Source: Yuukianura sp. NJ FZ-2021
Lineage: Eukaryota
Direction of reading: 5' to 3'
Assembly: GCA_046563655.1 (NCBI GenBank)
Contig: CM102283.1
Span: forward strand, 7,440,001 to 7,504,000
Length of the DNA stretch: 64,000 bases
Below are positions 60,824-64,000 of this stretch, piece by piece; the stretch's first letter is position 1, and every line of letters starts with the position of its first letter. The notes under the pieces are model-generated. The model saw only the letters and a program-made list of their open reading frames with translations, was not told where the DNA came from and did no database searches. A program made the translations under genes and the position numbers.

Positions 60824-63590
60824 TTAACTCAAAAGCTCAGCTTCAGTTGCATCAAATTCTGGATTGGCTGACTCAACTTGCCTCGTAACTGGCTCGTCGT
60901 CGTTCGCCACTTCAATCGACTCTGATTGGCTCGTCAACTGTGATGTGTCAATGTAATGAAATGTTGGCTCCAATAATGGATCTTCTAGCGTTTCTTCAGC
61001 GATCTCTTCATCGCTGAATTCAGCTTTTATGATTTCTTCCAGCTCAACTTCATCAGCGTCCGGATGATTCAGAACTTTAAAGGCTCTGACACTCTTGATA
61101 CTCCCTTTCGGCCATTGACTATCCACTCGTTCCAGTCGCAGCTCCAGTCTCTTCTCATTTTCTATTGACGCTGACTTTTTGCGACGTTTGGATGTTAGAA
61201 ATCGCTTCGTCGGCTTAAGCGATCTCCCACTCTTTGAGAACCGTGGAAGCTTCACTTCTTCAAAATATTCAGCATGTTCAAAAAATTCTCGAAAATCTTG
61301 GTCCGAGTCCTCAGCATCTTCTTGCTTGATCACCTCTTCATCATCTTCATCTTCTTCATCTTCAACAGGAGACACATAATCTTTGAATTTGTCCTTGTAT
61401 CGCTCAGTATGTCTCGCTTGCATATGCATTCTCATTTTAAATTTTCTTGAGAATCCAGCACGATCGGGACACTGTGGACAGAAGTACCGCTGAACTCCGA
61501 GTTCACGAAACGAGCGATACTTGGGTATAGTTGATTCTGGATGGACCAATTGGTAATGGCTAACCATTTCTTTCATCTTGCGTGAAGTGAAGATACACAG
61601 TTCACAGACATAGTCCCTTGGAAAGTGTGTTGATTGGTGAAGAATTGCTCTCGTAGAATCTCTACAAGGCTTCTGACAAATCAAACAAGCTTTTCCGAAC
61701 TTATTGTAGATCCCTCTTGCTTGTTGACCGTGGCCATTTTGAATGTGAACTTCTAAGCCTTGTTTTCTTGTGAATCCTGTAAAAAATAGAAGAATTTGAA
61801 AAAAAGTAAGGAATTTCAAAAATTGACGCTGGAAACTCCAAAGTTTTGCAATACTTTGGCTGTAACTGGATTACCTTGTATGGCAGGACATTGGTCACAA
61901 AAATACTTGCGTTTCCTTACTGGTGGTTTCTTTTCTACTTTTGGCAGTTTCTTTTCATCGGGATGTTGTTCGGAATAGTGCTGACGAAGTTTAAGCATAG
62001 TCTTGAATCCAATTTGATCTTCTTGTGGACACAGGGAGCATTTGTAGTAGAAAGTTTTACCGTAAAGCTCTTTTAGTTCTAACTCTGACAGATGAGTTCT
62101 TTCGTGTACTCTTTTCCGGTGAAAGTCTTTGAACGGTTTACCACAAATTGAGCACGTAATTCCTCTGTCTTTATGATTATGCCGGATGTGAGTTGCCAAA
62201 TTCCGTAAACTCGTACAAACTCTGCCACAGAGCTGGAAAAAAGCGAAGAAATTCAAATTGTTAAGTAACTGGGGTAGTAAATTCAAAAATTATAGCAGAA
62301 GAATCAGTTACATCACACTGGCAATCCATTTTCATTCGATTCTTGAGTATTACGCCTTCATGGGTATCTCTGATATGAGCTTTCAGCATCCAAGTAGTTT
62401 TGTAACTCTTGCCACATCGATCACAAAAGTAATCCCTCGTTGTGTTGATATGAACAGAAACTTCATGGCGCTTCCGATTAGACGTGTCATGGAACTTTCG
62501 ATCACAATAACGGCAGGGATGCATTATGCCTGTATAAATGTGTTACGTAGATTTAGAAAACTTTGGATTCGATTAATCTTACTGTTGATATTGATTACCT
62601 GAATGCTTCCGCCTGATGTGTTTGCTCAATTGAACCTGGGATTTGAATGTACTGGGGCATAGACGACAGCGTCCATCGGGATGGGCAGGAATCGTTTCAC
62701 TTCGAGGCAGCCGAATCGCTGGTTCTCTTTGACGTTTTTCTTTTTCGATTTTAACATGAGTTCGATTTGGCGTAAGTTCAGTACATTCAACTTCCATAGA
62801 CCGTAGTGCAGTTTCAAATTCGTCATCATCATTTGACTCAGGCTCCTCTGGTATATCTGGTTGACTGAAAATTACTTCCTCTTCTACTTGGGCTTCGAAG
62901 TTCGGATGAGACTTTGTACCTTCACTGACTTCCAGAAACGTTTCGCCGGCCAGAACTAGACTTTGGAAGGCATCCGACGTTTTGGTTTTCGTCAGACTTG
63001 GCATTGAGGATTTGTAGGCTGAAAATGAATAAGCGGTATTCGGTAAAATAAGTTCATACTTAACATCTTCTGGAAAAAATATCGCCTGACAGTAGCTCAC
63101 CTTGAACAAGCCTGGATTTGATACTATGAGTTCCTTCAATATTTGGAGAATTTGGTAAAGAATTGACCATCAGTACGCTAACGTCTGTCTTCAAACTTTC
63201 TATTCCCTTTTGCAGTAGTTCCAACTCCGCTATCCAGTCTTGTAATTGGTTCATTTTTTGCGAACAGGGGATACAAAATGGATCGGTGAGGCACGCCAGT
63301 CGAAGCATATTTTGTCTCTCTTCGTCTTTTATGGCAAACAGATCACAAAATGTAAGAAGTCGAGTAGTTGATGACTGAGACACTTCTGTCTGATTTACGG
63401 TAGTCCAGTAGCTGTCATTACAGACGAAGCAAAATATTTGAGAAGGTGGAAGTGCAAATATAACTTGTCCAGGTTGTACCGCATCTGGAGGGGCTGCAGT
63501 ATTTCCAGTAGTAGTTTCAGTGTTTACTGTGGAAGTACTTTGAAGTTGTTTTCCCTGTCGCTGTTTCCGGGGGTGGTTAGCGTTCTTCAT
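60824..63590 (-). CDS. C2H2 zinc-finger protein with an N-terminal ZAD-like (CxxC...CxxC) domain
   Basis: Exons 63590-63101, 63018-62599, 62529-62312, 62232-61875, 61776-60824. CFVCN...PFCIPC followed by a coiled coil, then about 10 C2H2 fingers and an acidic tail. The true start may be further upstream. Confidence 0.85.
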
Positions 63591-64000
63591 GCTGCTGTAT
63601 TTTCTCAAACTGCAAGACAAATAAGACAAAAACTACTTTAGCACGTTATTATTCCATGACCAAGATTGTAGTTCACTTATTAATTAGCCAGGTTAACCCG
63701 TTTAACTGTTAATTAGCTCACAATTTCAATTAATTAAATCACTTCAAAAACGTAAACAATGATAATTTTTTGAATTCCCCAAATTCCAATTTTGAATTTA
63801 TCAGATTCCCGCCAAAACTAAATTCTTGATTGTTACACTCCTGCCTAAACATTAATTTAACAATAACAACGAATGATTAAAATTAATATAATGAAAAATA
63901 TAACTAATTAATTATTCATTAATCAAGCTGGCTAATTATTACATTTCATTAAGTTCGAGGTCCTCATGGTACATGAGCACATAATAAAGTATACAGTTCC

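Overview
Gene-dense, AT-rich eukaryotic DNA with short GT-AG introns. Gene content (ZAD-like C2H2 zinc fingers, insect-type PI4KB, FAX-like GST, a non-metazoan-type glycoside hydrolase) suggests an arthropod, most likely a springtail-like hexapod (inference). I reconstructed 13 spliced protein-coding genes by hand: a partial C2H2 ZnF (+), NOC2L (-), PI4KB (+, 8.4 kb first coding intron), a PR-domain-like/C2H2 transcription factor (+), KCMF1 (-), PDIA6 (+), a secreted GH17 beta-1,3-glucanase-like enzyme (-), a tetraspanin (-), a MYCBPAP-like gene (+), SMG9 (+), a FAX/metaxin-like GST-fold gene (+), a 4-TM protein (+) and a ZAD-like C2H2 ZnF (-). Repeats include a 178-bp foldback MITE with an 8-bp TSD, two inverted copies of a ~0.8 kb dispersed element and a 131-bp tandem array. 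The most notable observations are: the intron-containing GH17 gene (likely horizontally acquired); a ~300-aa metallothionein-like Cys-rich insert inside the MYCBPAP-like protein, which appears nested antisense in a long tetraspanin 5' intron; a dense homotypic AAGGGCYC motif cluster in the transcription factor's introns; and five NDR/LATS-type HxRxxS motifs plus a TAATG uORF overlap in PI4KB. All exon coordinates are by-eye predictions and no database searches were run.
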